Source: an uncultured Anaerolineales bacterium
GTDB taxonomy: Bacteria > Chloroflexota > Anaerolineae > UBA1429
Direction of reading: 5' to 3'
DNA: 64,000 nucleotides
NCBI GenBank assembly: GCA_964651255.1
Contig: CAZYWU010000001.1
Span: 131,890 to 195,889 of the forward strand
Shown here: one piece after another, positions 28,506 through 37,436 of the stretch
Layout: each line of letters starts with the position of its first letter
How positions within the stretch are numbered: position 1 is the stretch's first letter
Notes under the pieces: model-generated
What the model was told of the DNA's origin: nothing
What the model saw: the letters and a program-made list of their open reading frames with translations, nothing else
The model's database searches: none
Program-made: the position numbers and the translations under genes

Positions 28506-29195
28506 CTATGCTTCCTCCAACTCTTCCTCTTCTTGCCGGCGCACTGTCTGTACCGCTTCTTCCTCCTCCTCCTCGTCCTCGGCCTGGCGCTGGACAGCGT
28601 CGCCTCCGGTGTCTGGCGCCCTGCTGGCCAGGCGCTGCACCACCTGATCGGCCATGGCGTCCGCCTCGAGTTCGGCGGGGTCATTGGCAGCACCTACATC
28701 CAGCTTGGCGCCATCTTGCTGCTGTGCAACGTGGGCGAGTTCGTGAGCCAGCAAGCGCTGCCCGTCCCCGGTCGCCGGGTTGTACTGGCCGGCGGAGAAA
28801 AAGATGTCGTTGCCCCGCGTAAAGGCCCGTGCTGACAGCTCAGAGTTCAGCGTATCAGCCTCAGAGTCGTTGTGTATGCGAACCCCCGCAAAGTCGGCCC
28901 CAAAGGCTCCTTCCATGCTCTGTCTGGTCGCGTGATCCATGGCTGACCCCGATCCAGCCTGGGAATCGATGGCGCGCTCCACATGCTCGGGGGCCACAAA
29001 GGCGTCTTCCTGTGCAAAGCGCCGCGCGATCCGGTTGCCCGCGCGCCGGGCGACCTCGCGCAGGACGTGCGGTGTCAGCACCCGCGCCAGACGAGATGGC
29101 CGGGCGCGTGGCGACGTTTCGGCGTCGACTGTGTTCGAGGGCTGCTGTACAGCCAGTCTACTTCTTGTGCGGATCCATTCATGCTCAGTACTCAT
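28506..29195 (-). CDS. DUF4157-like protein with HExxH motif and polyglutamate C-tail (possible CIS effector/payload)
   Basis: LLAHELAHVAQQQ zincin-like motif inside a DUF4157-type core. C-terminus RQAEDEEEEEEAVQTVRRQEEEELEEA. ATGA overlap with the ATPase stop. Confidence 0.65.
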   Translation of the reverse strand: MSTEHEWIRTRSRLAVQQPSNTVDAETSPRARPSRLARVLTPHVLREVARRAGNRIARRFAQEDAFVAPEHVERAIDSQAGSGSAMDHATRQSMEGAFGADFAGVRIHNDSEADTLNSELSARAFTRGNDIFFSAGQYNPATGDGQRLLAHELAHVAQQQDGAKLDVGAANDPAELEADAMADQVVQRLASRAPDTGGDAVQRQAEDEEEEEEAVQTVRRQEEEELEEA

Positions 29196-31315
29196 CGTCC
29201 CGGCCTCCCCGATGATGTGTCGTGGATTGCCACGACACGACGGACGAGTTCCATTCCAAAGTCATCTTCATCGATCAGTTTGCCGAGCTTTTGAAACTCG
29301 CGGCGCACGCCCCACAAGAGATGACGCATGGCAACGATCTCGCCATCCCTGGCCGCCAAAAAGGCGGCGTTCACGAGGGCGTTGCGGATGCTGCCGCCAG
29401 AGAGCCGAAAACGGCCCGCAAGCGAGGCCAAGTCCACATCAGCCGCCAGGGGCAGTTGCGCAGGCACGGTGCGCTCCCAGATGAGGCGGCGCGACGCTTC
29501 GTCCGGAAACGGGAATTCGATACTGAACTGCAGCCTGCGCAGGAACGCCTCATCCAGATTCTGTCTCAGGTTGCTGGTGAGGATCACGACGCCGTCGTAT
29601 TCTTCCACCTTTTGCAGCAGGTAACTGATCTCTATGTTCGCGTAGCGGTCATGGGCATCTTTGGTCTCGGAGCGCTTGCCAAAGAGCGCATCGGCCTCGT
29701 CAAAGAGTAGGATCGCGTTCGAGTCGCGGGCCAGATCAAATATCCTGTCCAGGTTCTTTTCGGTTTCGCCGATATATTTGCTGACCACGCCCGAGAGATC
29801 GATCTTGTACAGGTCCAGCGACAGATCGGTGGCGATCACCTCTGCGGCCATAGTCTTGCCCGTGCCCGAGGGCCCAGCGAACAAGGCTGAAAGGCCCTGG
29901 CCCCGCGCCGATTGGCGTCCAAAGCCCCAGGCACCATAGACCACGTGTCGGAAGCGAAACTGGTCGCACATCTCGTGAATCTGAGCCGTGCGGTCGGCAG
30001 GCAAGACGAGGTCTTCCCAGGTGTGTCTGGCGACGATCTGGCTGGCAAGATCACCCAGCCTCACGGCACTCACGGCCCGAGAGGCGGCCGCCAGATCATC
30101 AAAGGTGATGACAGGCTCCGAGGAGCGACGCTGCCAGGCATGTTCCGCGGCACCGCGGGTGGCAACGTGGATCTGTGCGCCATCGAGCCTGTAGCGTGCT
30201 GCCAGGACTGGCAGGTCGTCCGGATCAGCCAGGGCGCGTCCTTGAAGGGCGCGCTGCCAGAGTACCAGGCGCCCCTCATAGTCCGGTGCCGGCAGGTCGA
30301 GCACCGCCACGCGCACCGCCTCCGAGGCCGGCTGCGGCAGGCTCGTGTGCCTGGGTGTGTGCCAGACCACGGTGAGCCCGGGGTGTTCCAACAGGGTTGC
30401 CCATTCGAATGCGGCATAGCTGTCGTGAATGGCAACACGATCTGTGATCTCAACATACAGGACAGCGTCGTACAGCAGCGCATCTCGCGCGGCTTGTTGC
30501 ACGCGCAGCAGCACCGCCTCTTGCTGATCCGAATCGTCAACGGAGAGCGTCACCATGGGGCGAGCTTGCTGTGCGGCGCAGTCCTGGGCCAGAGCGCATG
30601 ATGTCCAGGAGCGATCGGAACGCACCTGGATCCACAGCGGCCGGTCGCCACTGGTGATAAGCGACCAGATCGCTTCACGCGCCTCCGCCGGGTATAGATC
30701 GGGCAGCCAGGTGCTATCTTCGCCCCTCCAGTAAGGTGAAGCCGAGGCTGGACCCTCCTTGTCTGGCGACAGCAAGAAGCGAACAACCTGCGGGGCAACC
30801 TGAGCCGTACGTCTCAGAAGCGTATCGGGTCCCTCAGCGGGCGGTGACAGGATCATGAGCCCGTAACGCGAGAGGGTAGCCTCCCCATGAAAGAGGGTGC
30901 GCGCGGCCAGCCGTGCGCCAAGATCAGGCCACAGCAGAGCGAGAAGGAGGTCGACGATGGGGCGTTTGCAGGTAACGTCATCCTGGAGGAATCCAAAGAT
31001 GCGTTCGTAACGGAGGTCGAACTCGGGTAACAGACAGATGAGCAGTATCTGAGACTCGGTCGCGCTCAGATCAAAGACACGTTTCAGATGCGTCCAGCGA
31101 TCTTCTTCGGAAAGAGGTGGAAAGGCAGCAGGAGCAGAAGTTACCAGTGACGCACCGAAGGGTTGCTCTAAAAGTTGAAGAAACTCATGATCGGTAATAA
31201 ATAGGCCACGAAACTCCCCATTGTCTGGCGCGCGCTCTTCATACAACCTTCTGGCGGTTTGCACCAGAAAGCCATCGATGCGCCGCAGTTCGTTGAGAAG
31301 GGTGCCCCCGACCAT
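29192..31315 (-). CDS. CIS AAA+ ATPase (Afp15-type) with large N-terminal extension
   Basis: 707 aa. C-terminal AAA+ module with Walker A GPSGTGKT and Walker B ILLFDEADALFGKR. N-terminal roughly 440 aa is non-ATPase. Confidence 0.85.
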   Translation of the reverse strand: MVGGTLLNELRRIDGFLVQTARRLYEERAPDNGEFRGLFITDHEFLQLLEQPFGASLVTSAPAAFPPLSEEDRWTHLKRVFDLSATESQILLICLLPEFDLRYERIFGFLQDDVTCKRPIVDLLLALLWPDLGARLAARTLFHGEATLSRYGLMILSPPAEGPDTLLRRTAQVAPQVVRFLLSPDKEGPASASPYWRGEDSTWLPDLYPAEAREAIWSLITSGDRPLWIQVRSDRSWTSCALAQDCAAQQARPMVTLSVDDSDQQEAVLLRVQQAARDALLYDAVLYVEITDRVAIHDSYAAFEWATLLEHPGLTVVWHTPRHTSLPQPASEAVRVAVLDLPAPDYEGRLVLWQRALQGRALADPDDLPVLAARYRLDGAQIHVATRGAAEHAWQRRSSEPVITFDDLAAASRAVSAVRLGDLASQIVARHTWEDLVLPADRTAQIHEMCDQFRFRHVVYGAWGFGRQSARGQGLSALFAGPSGTGKTMAAEVIATDLSLDLYKIDLSGVVSKYIGETEKNLDRIFDLARDSNAILLFDEADALFGKRSETKDAHDRYANIEISYLLQKVEEYDGVVILTSNLRQNLDEAFLRRLQFSIEFPFPDEASRRLIWERTVPAQLPLAADVDLASLAGRFRLSGGSIRNALVNAAFLAARDGEIVAMRHLLWGVRREFQKLGKLIDEDDFGMELVRRVVAIHDTSSGRPGR

Positions 31316-31386
31316 GTGTGCCTCGCGTTCACATCGAGAGGAGAAGGACGCTATCAGGCACGACTAACGATTGTTGACTCCATACT

Positions 31387-31415
31387 ATCATAGCGCATGG
31401 TCAACTGGGTGTCAA
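31387..31415 (-). promoter_or_regulatory. near-consensus sigma70 promoter (TTGACA-17-TATGAT) driving the CIS operon
   Basis: On the minus strand, TTGACA at 31415-31410 and TATGAT at 31392-31387, exactly 17 bp apart, about 72 bp upstream of the ATPase ATG (31315). Confidence 0.6.
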
Positions 31416-31492
31416 CGGATTTTCGAGCGGGGTGGCGTGGAACGTGGTATAATCGCGGGCATCGACGCTTCGATGCATTATCCAGGGAAAAC

Positions 31493-31999
31493 ATGACACA
31501 CTTGTTCGCGATAGTGGGCTGGCATAACGCAGGCAAGACGACCGTGGTCGAGGGCCTGGTCCAGGAATTCCGACGAAGCGGCGCGCGCGTGGCGGTCGTC
31601 AAGCATTCGCGTGAGGGGTTTGACCTCGACCATCCCGGAACCGATACCTGGCGCTTTGCTCAGGCGGGCAGCGACGCGGTTGTCATCGCCAGCAAGAGCG
31701 CTTTGGCCTGGTTTGAGAACACTGTGCAGGAAGTGACTCTCCAGGACATCGTCGCGCGGCTGGATCCCAGCATCGACGTGGTAATCGCGGAGGGGTTCAA
31801 GCGTGAGGCCTGTCCCAAGATCGAGGTCATGCGTGCTGCTACGGGGACCGATCCGATCGTCTCTGCTCAAGAGCTGCTTGCCATCGTCACCGACGATGTC
31901 ATGGACCCCAGACCGGCACCAAAGTTTGGGTTCGACCATATCTGCGAGCTCGCGGACTACCTGGCGGAGCAGGGGCTGGGCCCACGGCCTCGACCCTAG
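31493..31999 (+). CDS. mobB: molybdopterin-guanine dinucleotide biosynthesis protein B
   Basis: FAIVGWHNAGKTT P-loop and the MobB fold. Divergent from the CIS operon. Confidence 0.8.
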   Translation: MTHLFAIVGWHNAGKTTVVEGLVQEFRRSGARVAVVKHSREGFDLDHPGTDTWRFAQAGSDAVVIASKSALAWFENTVQEVTLQDIVARLDPSIDVVIAEGFKREACPKIEVMRAATGTDPIVSAQELLAIVTDDVMDPRPAPKFGFDHICELADYLAEQGLGPRPRP

Positions 32000-33036
32000 T
32001 CCCCGGCTGATACGTCATCGCCGCCGACGCGCGCCACGGACGCTACGAACCAGACAAAAGCCAGACCAAAGACCACCAGCGTGCCGAACTTGAGCATCCT
32101 GTTGGGCACCAGCAGCCCAACGGCGCCCAGAAATGCCGTGATGCCATAGTACATCAGGACGATGCGTCGTTGAGACCAGCCGAGGTCTTGAAGCCGCAAG
32201 TGCAGATGCCCCCGGTCTCCCAGCGAGATGGGCTGGCCTCGCCGCCACCGCGAATAGACCTGCCAGATCAGATCTACGATCGGCAGCCACATCACCAGCA
32301 GCGCTGTGGCGACCTTGGCGCCAGAAACGATCGACAGCGTGGCGACCCCAAACCCCAGCACATAAGCGCCGCCCCCGAGGAATATCCGGGCAGGGCTAAA
32401 GTTGAATCGCAGAAACCCCAGGCAGCATCCCAGGAGTGCCAGCGGAAGCAGCGAGACGCTGTATTGCCCGAGGCGAAGCATGTGGATGAACAGGACCGCG
32501 GCCGCGATCGCCGTTACTCCAGTGGCGAGGCCATCCAGCCCATCGATCGAGTTGACCATGTTGGTCAGCCCCACGATCCATATGAGGCTGATCGGCAGCA
32601 TCAGGTACCAGTCTACCACGATCTGTTCATTGGTGAACGGGTTGTTAAATCGCTCCACGAACACCTTGAACAGAATGGCAACGAGTGCTCCCGCGACGAG
32701 CCCGCCGAATTGTGCCGCGGGAGGCAGTTTATAGCGGTCATCGGCCAGGCCAACGATCCAGACAATCCCCATCCCGAGCAGGACGCCCGTCAGACGTGTC
32801 AGCTCCAGTGCATCATCCCTGGGGCTGCCGACGAGGACCGGGATCAGGGCGGCGATGGCAAAGGCGGGATAGATCCCCAGGCCCCCGATGCGGACGATTT
32901 CGCCGTGATGCGTTCGGCGGCCTCCCGGGCGATCCACGATATCCAGTCGGCGTCCCAGTTTGATAGCCACCGGCGTGAGCAGGACGACGACAAGCCAGGC
33001 CGCCGCGAAGACGCTGACAAACAGCCAGATGGGCAC
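31996..33036 (-). CDS. polyprenyl-phosphate sugar-1-phosphate transferase (MraY/WecA/TagO glycosyltransferase family 4)
   Basis: 346 aa, about 10 TM helices, DDRYKL and NMVNSIDGLDGLA motifs of the GT4 family. Confidence 0.8.
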   Translation of the reverse strand: MPIWLFVSVFAAAWLVVVLLTPVAIKLGRRLDIVDRPGGRRTHHGEIVRIGGLGIYPAFAIAALIPVLVGSPRDDALELTRLTGVLLGMGIVWIVGLADDRYKLPPAAQFGGLVAGALVAILFKVFVERFNNPFTNEQIVVDWYLMLPISLIWIVGLTNMVNSIDGLDGLATGVTAIAAAVLFIHMLRLGQYSVSLLPLALLGCCLGFLRFNFSPARIFLGGGAYVLGFGVATLSIVSGAKVATALLVMWLPIVDLIWQVYSRWRRGQPISLGDRGHLHLRLQDLGWSQRRIVLMYYGITAFLGAVGLLVPNRMLKFGTLVVFGLAFVWFVASVARVGGDDVSAGD

Positions 33037-33050
33037 GATAGCGCCGCCTT

Positions 33051-33710
33051 TCAGAGCGTCCCGAACTGCCGATCGCCGGCATCGCCCAGGCCTGGTACGA
33101 TATAGCCTTCCGGCGGATCGTCTGGCGACGAGGGAGGGGGCGTGAGGTGGTCATCGATGGCGCCCAGATAGATGGCAACATCGGGATGAGCTGCGGTCAG
33201 AGCACGGACGCCCTCAGGCGCAGCGATGATGCCAAGATACTTTATCCTGGGGATACTGCTCTCTTTGAGCATGTCCACCGCGGCAATCGCTGACCCTCCA
33301 GTGGCGAGCATTGGGTCCAGCACGAGGCAAAGATCGAGCCGCGGCTGTGCCGGCAGTTTGTTGTAATATGGCACCGGCTTGAGCGTCTCATGATCCCTAA
33401 AGACGCCGATATGCCAGACCTGTGCCTCTGGTAAAAGCTGCCAGATGCCCTCCACCATGCCCAGTCCAGCGCGCAAAATGGGTACAAGTGCGATGCGTTC
33501 CGCGATACGTGCCCCCGTCGTCTCAGCCAGCGGGGTAGTGACCGAGGACGTTTCCAGGCGCACGTCGGCCGTCGCCTCGACGGCAAGCAGTGTCGCGATC
33601 TCCGCAATGGTACGGCGAAAGACGACCGTTGAGGTCGTCTTGTCTCTGAGAATCGCGAGTTTCTGCTTGACCAGCGGGTGCTGCGAGGTGTAGATGAGTT
33701 CAGAAGCCAA
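33051..33710 (-). CDS. upp: uracil phosphoribosyltransferase
   Basis: VPILRAGLGM and LVLDPMLATGGSA PRPP-binding motifs. 219 aa. Confidence 0.9.
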   Translation of the reverse strand: MASELIYTSQHPLVKQKLAILRDKTTSTVVFRRTIAEIATLLAVEATADVRLETSSVTTPLAETTGARIAERIALVPILRAGLGMVEGIWQLLPEAQVWHIGVFRDHETLKPVPYYNKLPAQPRLDLCLVLDPMLATGGSAIAAVDMLKESSIPRIKYLGIIAAPEGVRALTAAHPDVAIYLGAIDDHLTPPPSSPDDPPEGYIVPGLGDAGDRQFGTL

Positions 33711-33775
33711 GCTGTGGCCTCCTGTTATCTTGAGGGGCAGCCCGATGTGAGCTACCCCTCGTTCAGGGCTCGATT

Positions 33776-34726
33776 TCAGGCCTTGCTGCTGGCCTCGTCA
33801 GCCAAGAGCCGCTCCCACTCCTGATCAACCTTGGCCTGGATCTCTTCTACGATCCACTCGTTTGCCGGGCGGAAGAGGTGGCGGAAGCGTCCCTGTCGTT
33901 TGAGCCAGTCGGCTACAGGCTTTTTGTCACGCGGCTTGTAGTTGACTGTAGTCTTGCCGTTCTCGACCTCATACAGAGGCCAGTAGCAGGTGTCGACTGC
34001 AAGCTCCGCGATCGACATGGTCTCGTCGGCCCCATGTCGCCAGCCGCGCGGGCACGGCACCATCACATTCAAAACGGCAGGGCCCTCTACTGTCGAAGCC
34101 TTTTTCGCCTTGCGCATCAGGTCACGGTAGTTGTGCGGTGAGCACTGCGCGACGTAAGGGATGTCGTGCGCCGCCATTATCCGCGTAAACGGCTTGCGCC
34201 ACTGCGTCTTGCCGGGCAGCACCTCACCGTCAGGGGAGGTGGTTGTGCTGGCACCCCGCGGTGTGGCGCTTGAGCGTTGGATGCCCGTGTTCATGTACGC
34301 CTCGTTGTTGAGGCACACGTAGATGAAATTGTGGCCGCGCTCAAGAGCACCCGAGATGTACTGGAATCCGATGTCATAGCTTGCGCCGTCACCGCCAAAG
34401 GCGATAAAGGTGATGTTCTTGTCCTCAGGTATCTTGCCCCGACGCTTGAGAGCCTTGAAGGCTGCCTCGGCGCCCGTAATCGTCGTTGAAGAGTTTTCAA
34501 AGGCGCTATGGATCCAGGGCACGTTCCATGAGGAATACGGGTAGACGGTTGTCGAGACCTCAAGACATCCGGTGGCCGTTGCGATCACCACAGGGTTGTC
34601 GATAGCGTGCAGGATCTGCCGCACTGCCGTGGGCTCGGCGCAGCCAGCGCAGAGCCGATGCCCTGCGGCCAGCCTCTCGTCCGGGGTGATGATGTCTCTC
34701 AGATTTATGCGCACTCGGTCTGTCAT
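33776..34726 (-). CDS. porB: 2-oxoacid:ferredoxin oxidoreductase beta subunit (TPP-binding)
   Basis: CAGC, GGDGASYDIG and NNEAYMNTG TPP motifs. Confidence 0.85.
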   Translation of the reverse strand: MTDRVRINLRDIITPDERLAAGHRLCAGCAEPTAVRQILHAIDNPVVIATATGCLEVSTTVYPYSSWNVPWIHSAFENSSTTITGAEAAFKALKRRGKIPEDKNITFIAFGGDGASYDIGFQYISGALERGHNFIYVCLNNEAYMNTGIQRSSATPRGASTTTSPDGEVLPGKTQWRKPFTRIMAAHDIPYVAQCSPHNYRDLMRKAKKASTVEGPAVLNVMVPCPRGWRHGADETMSIAELAVDTCYWPLYEVENGKTTVNYKPRDKKPVADWLKRQGRFRHLFRPANEWIVEEIQAKVDQEWERLLADEASSKA

Positions 34727-34780
34727 GATCGTTACTCCTTGCTGCTGGAATCTCGCGACACGTGATGCCGCCCTGCGTAA

Positions 34781-35977
34781 CTAGTCACGCAGGCCAAGAT
34801 AGCGCACCATATCGCCGCGATCGCCCGTGTCGGCAATGACCTTGAGATCGGCAAACGCGGACTCTATCATCGGCGGCGTAGTGTCGCGACCGCCCAGTCC
34901 ATAGATGTAGTTAACAATGGGCAGACCGCTGACGCCTGAGTTAAAGAGCGCCGCAGTGATGTCTGTGAACAGCGGCCCCATACCTTGAGGAGCGCCAAAA
35001 GAGATCGCCCGGTCGAGGACGCCCACGGCCTTGCAGTTCTTGATGCAATCGACGATCTGCTGCGCGGGGAAGGGGCGGTATAGCCGAGGCTTGAGGACGC
35101 CCACCTTGGTGCCCTCAGCGCGCATGCGGCGCGCTACCGAGCGGGCCGTTCCGGCTGTCGACGATAGGACCACGAGGGCATATTCGGCATCATCCATGCC
35201 GTAGCAATCGAGGATCGGCTGTGGCCGCTCGGACAACCGCTCGTACTCCTCGCAGACCTCGAGGATGATCGGCATAGCGTTGTTCATCGCCTCGGTCTGC
35301 TGCCGCTTGTGCTCAAAGTAATAGTCCGTAAAGTCCCAGGCACCCATGGTGACGGGATGATCTGTGTCGAGCAGGTAGATCTCTGGATCGTAGCTGCCGA
35401 CAAACTCCTGCACCACTTCATCCGGCAGTAGCCCGACGCGCTCGACGCCGTGACCGGTGATAAAGCCGTCCTGGCAACTCATGACCGGGAGCAACAGATC
35501 CTTGCGCTCGGCGATTTTGAGTGACTTGATGGTGTTGTCGTAGGCTTCCTGTCCGCTCTCGGCGTAGAACTGCAGCCAGCCGGAATCGCGGGCGCCCATA
35601 GCGTCCGAGTGATCGCAGTGGATATTGAGCGGGCTGGAAAGCGCTCGGTTTACCACGGTGAGCACAATCGGAAGCCTCATGCCCGAGGCGATGTAGAGCA
35701 TCTCCCACATCAGCGCCAGACCGTTGGCCGCCGTGGCTGTCATGACGCGAGCTCCGGCAGCGGAGGCACCGATACAGGCACTCATGGCGGCGTGCTCGCT
35801 CTCGACCGGAATGAACTCGGTGTTGACGATACCGTCCGCCACGTACTGCGAAAAGTTCTGCACGACCGCTGTCTGCGGTGTGATCGGGTAGGCAGCAACC
35901 ACGTCAGGATTGATCTGACGCATTGCCTGGGAGACAGCGTTGGCGCCGTCCAGAGGCAAGTACTTGCTAGCGACCAT
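34781..35977 (-). CDS. porA: 2-oxoacid:ferredoxin oxidoreductase alpha subunit
   Basis: 398 aa PorA/VorA-like. Four-gene gamma-delta-alpha-beta order. Confidence 0.85.
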   Translation of the reverse strand: MVASKYLPLDGANAVSQAMRQINPDVVAAYPITPQTAVVQNFSQYVADGIVNTEFIPVESEHAAMSACIGASAAGARVMTATAANGLALMWEMLYIASGMRLPIVLTVVNRALSSPLNIHCDHSDAMGARDSGWLQFYAESGQEAYDNTIKSLKIAERKDLLLPVMSCQDGFITGHGVERVGLLPDEVVQEFVGSYDPEIYLLDTDHPVTMGAWDFTDYYFEHKRQQTEAMNNAMPIILEVCEEYERLSERPQPILDCYGMDDAEYALVVLSSTAGTARSVARRMRAEGTKVGVLKPRLYRPFPAQQIVDCIKNCKAVGVLDRAISFGAPQGMGPLFTDITAALFNSGVSGLPIVNYIYGLGGRDTTPPMIESAFADLKVIADTGDRGDMVRYLGLRD

Positions 35978-36012
35978 TCGTTTCCTCCTTATGCTCCAGG
36001 TGGGTTCTGGAC

Positions 36013-36375
36013 CTACCGGGTATAGTCTTCAAACTCGGATTCGGGCACCATCTGAATGACTTTGCCCAGTTTGCCGGTGTAACTGTGGGGCTGACGGATG
36101 TTCACGGGGCAACGCTCGGCACATACGCCGCAACCCTTGCAGTGAGCATAATCATAGACATCCACCTTGCCATCCTTGACGAGTATGGCCGAATCGGGGC
36201 ACATGATCCAGCAGACGAGGCACTGCGTGCACTGGGCAGCATCACGAACAGGTCTCATCGTGCGCCAGGTGCCCGTCACATAGGTCTCCGAGTTCCCCAC
36301 TGTAGTGACAACGCCCCCCGGAGCAACCTCTTCCCAGGGCAGATCCAGCCGTGGGACTTTATGTTTGGTCGTCAT
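36013..36375 (-). CDS. porD: 2-oxoacid:ferredoxin oxidoreductase delta subunit (2x[4Fe-4S] ferredoxin)
   Basis: CTQCLVCWIMCP and CKGCGVCAERCP cluster motifs. Confidence 0.8.
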   Translation of the reverse strand: MTTKHKVPRLDLPWEEVAPGGVVTTVGNSETYVTGTWRTMRPVRDAAQCTQCLVCWIMCPDSAILVKDGKVDVYDYAHCKGCGVCAERCPVNIRQPHSYTGKLGKVIQMVPESEFEDYTR

Positions 36376-36441
36376 CGAACAACCTCCTCACTGATCAGGT
36401 TCGTAACAATGCTGGGAAGGTGTCTCTATGGCTTGCTGTTG

Positions 36442-37014
36442 CTAGCCTTTGACACATTCCTTATTGGCACGCTCAACGGCCCGTATGTTGGCTTCCACGA
36501 TCTCCGGACGCAGCTTGCCGCCGAGGCTCTCGCGCGTAGCCTCCACTACTGCTTCCAGACTCACCAGGCCGGAGGCCCGGACGACCACACCAAGCAGAAC
36601 AGTGCTCGGGATGTCGCGTTTCAGCTCAGACATGGCGATCTCGGTAGCATCGATGCACCATACGGTGCCAGTACGAAAGTCCAGGCGCTCGCGAATCTCG
36701 GCCGGCGTCTGCGGCGTGTTGACGATCAGCGTGCCCTCCGGCTTGAGCCCTTCGGTCAGATCGACGATCCCGATCAGGTTGGGATTCACGACGACCACCA
36801 TGTCTGGCTCCAGGATCGGTGCATGGACCTCGATGGGCTCGTCACTCAACCGGGTGTACGCTTTGATGGGTGCACCCATGCGCTCAGCCCCGTACTCTGG
36901 AAACGCCTGAAAGTACAGGCCCTCGCGCATCGCGGCTTCGCCGAGCGATTCACCGGCTGTGACCACGCCCTGGCCGGCACGGCCGTGCCAGCGGATCTCG
37001 AGCATCTTGCTCAT
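36442..37014 (-). CDS. porG: 2-oxoacid:ferredoxin oxidoreductase gamma subunit
   Basis: 190 aa PorG family, first gene of the cluster. Confidence 0.8.
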   Translation of the reverse strand: MSKMLEIRWHGRAGQGVVTAGESLGEAAMREGLYFQAFPEYGAERMGAPIKAYTRLSDEPIEVHAPILEPDMVVVVNPNLIGIVDLTEGLKPEGTLIVNTPQTPAEIRERLDFRTGTVWCIDATEIAMSELKRDIPSTVLLGVVVRASGLVSLEAVVEATRESLGGKLRPEIVEANIRAVERANKECVKG

Positions 37015-37344
37015 CTTGACCTCCTCGTAACAGTGAAAAGATACAGTGTTGACGCCTGGTTGGCGTCATGCTGGCAATCGTGGGCCCTGTGCGTGACACT
37101 GGCGCACCATGGCCGTGAGAAGCCGGATGGGATGTCTACGTTCTATGACAGCACCGATCGCAGAGTTCCTGCGCGTGTCCTCAAACCAAGTCATTCTAGG
37201 CCAGAGCGGGAGCCATTGTCAAACCCGCGCGAGTACACAAAGGACCAGTTCTATTCAGTATGATCAGTCTTGATCGAACATTCCCTGCTTCGGTCAGGTT
37301 CTTATTTGAGTGAACACGCTCCGATCGCGCAACTTGACTCACAG

Positions 37345-37385
37345 AAAAGGAGGGCCCGTGATCTGGCCCTCCCAATCTTTGGTCT
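37345..37385 (-). terminator. rho-independent terminator after the apt–dksA-like genes
   Basis: Minus-strand hairpin GGGAGGGCC-agatcacg-GGCCCTCC followed by TTTTCTGTG. Confidence 0.6.
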
Positions 37386-37436
37386 CGTAACGATCCAGAT
37401 CCGCTGCATTGCGGAAAATACGTGCGATGCTGTCCG

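Noticed and set aside
36085-37263. 392-aa plus-strand ORF across porD/porG
   Set aside because: Antisense to the conserved por genes and runs through their intergenic region. Artefact.
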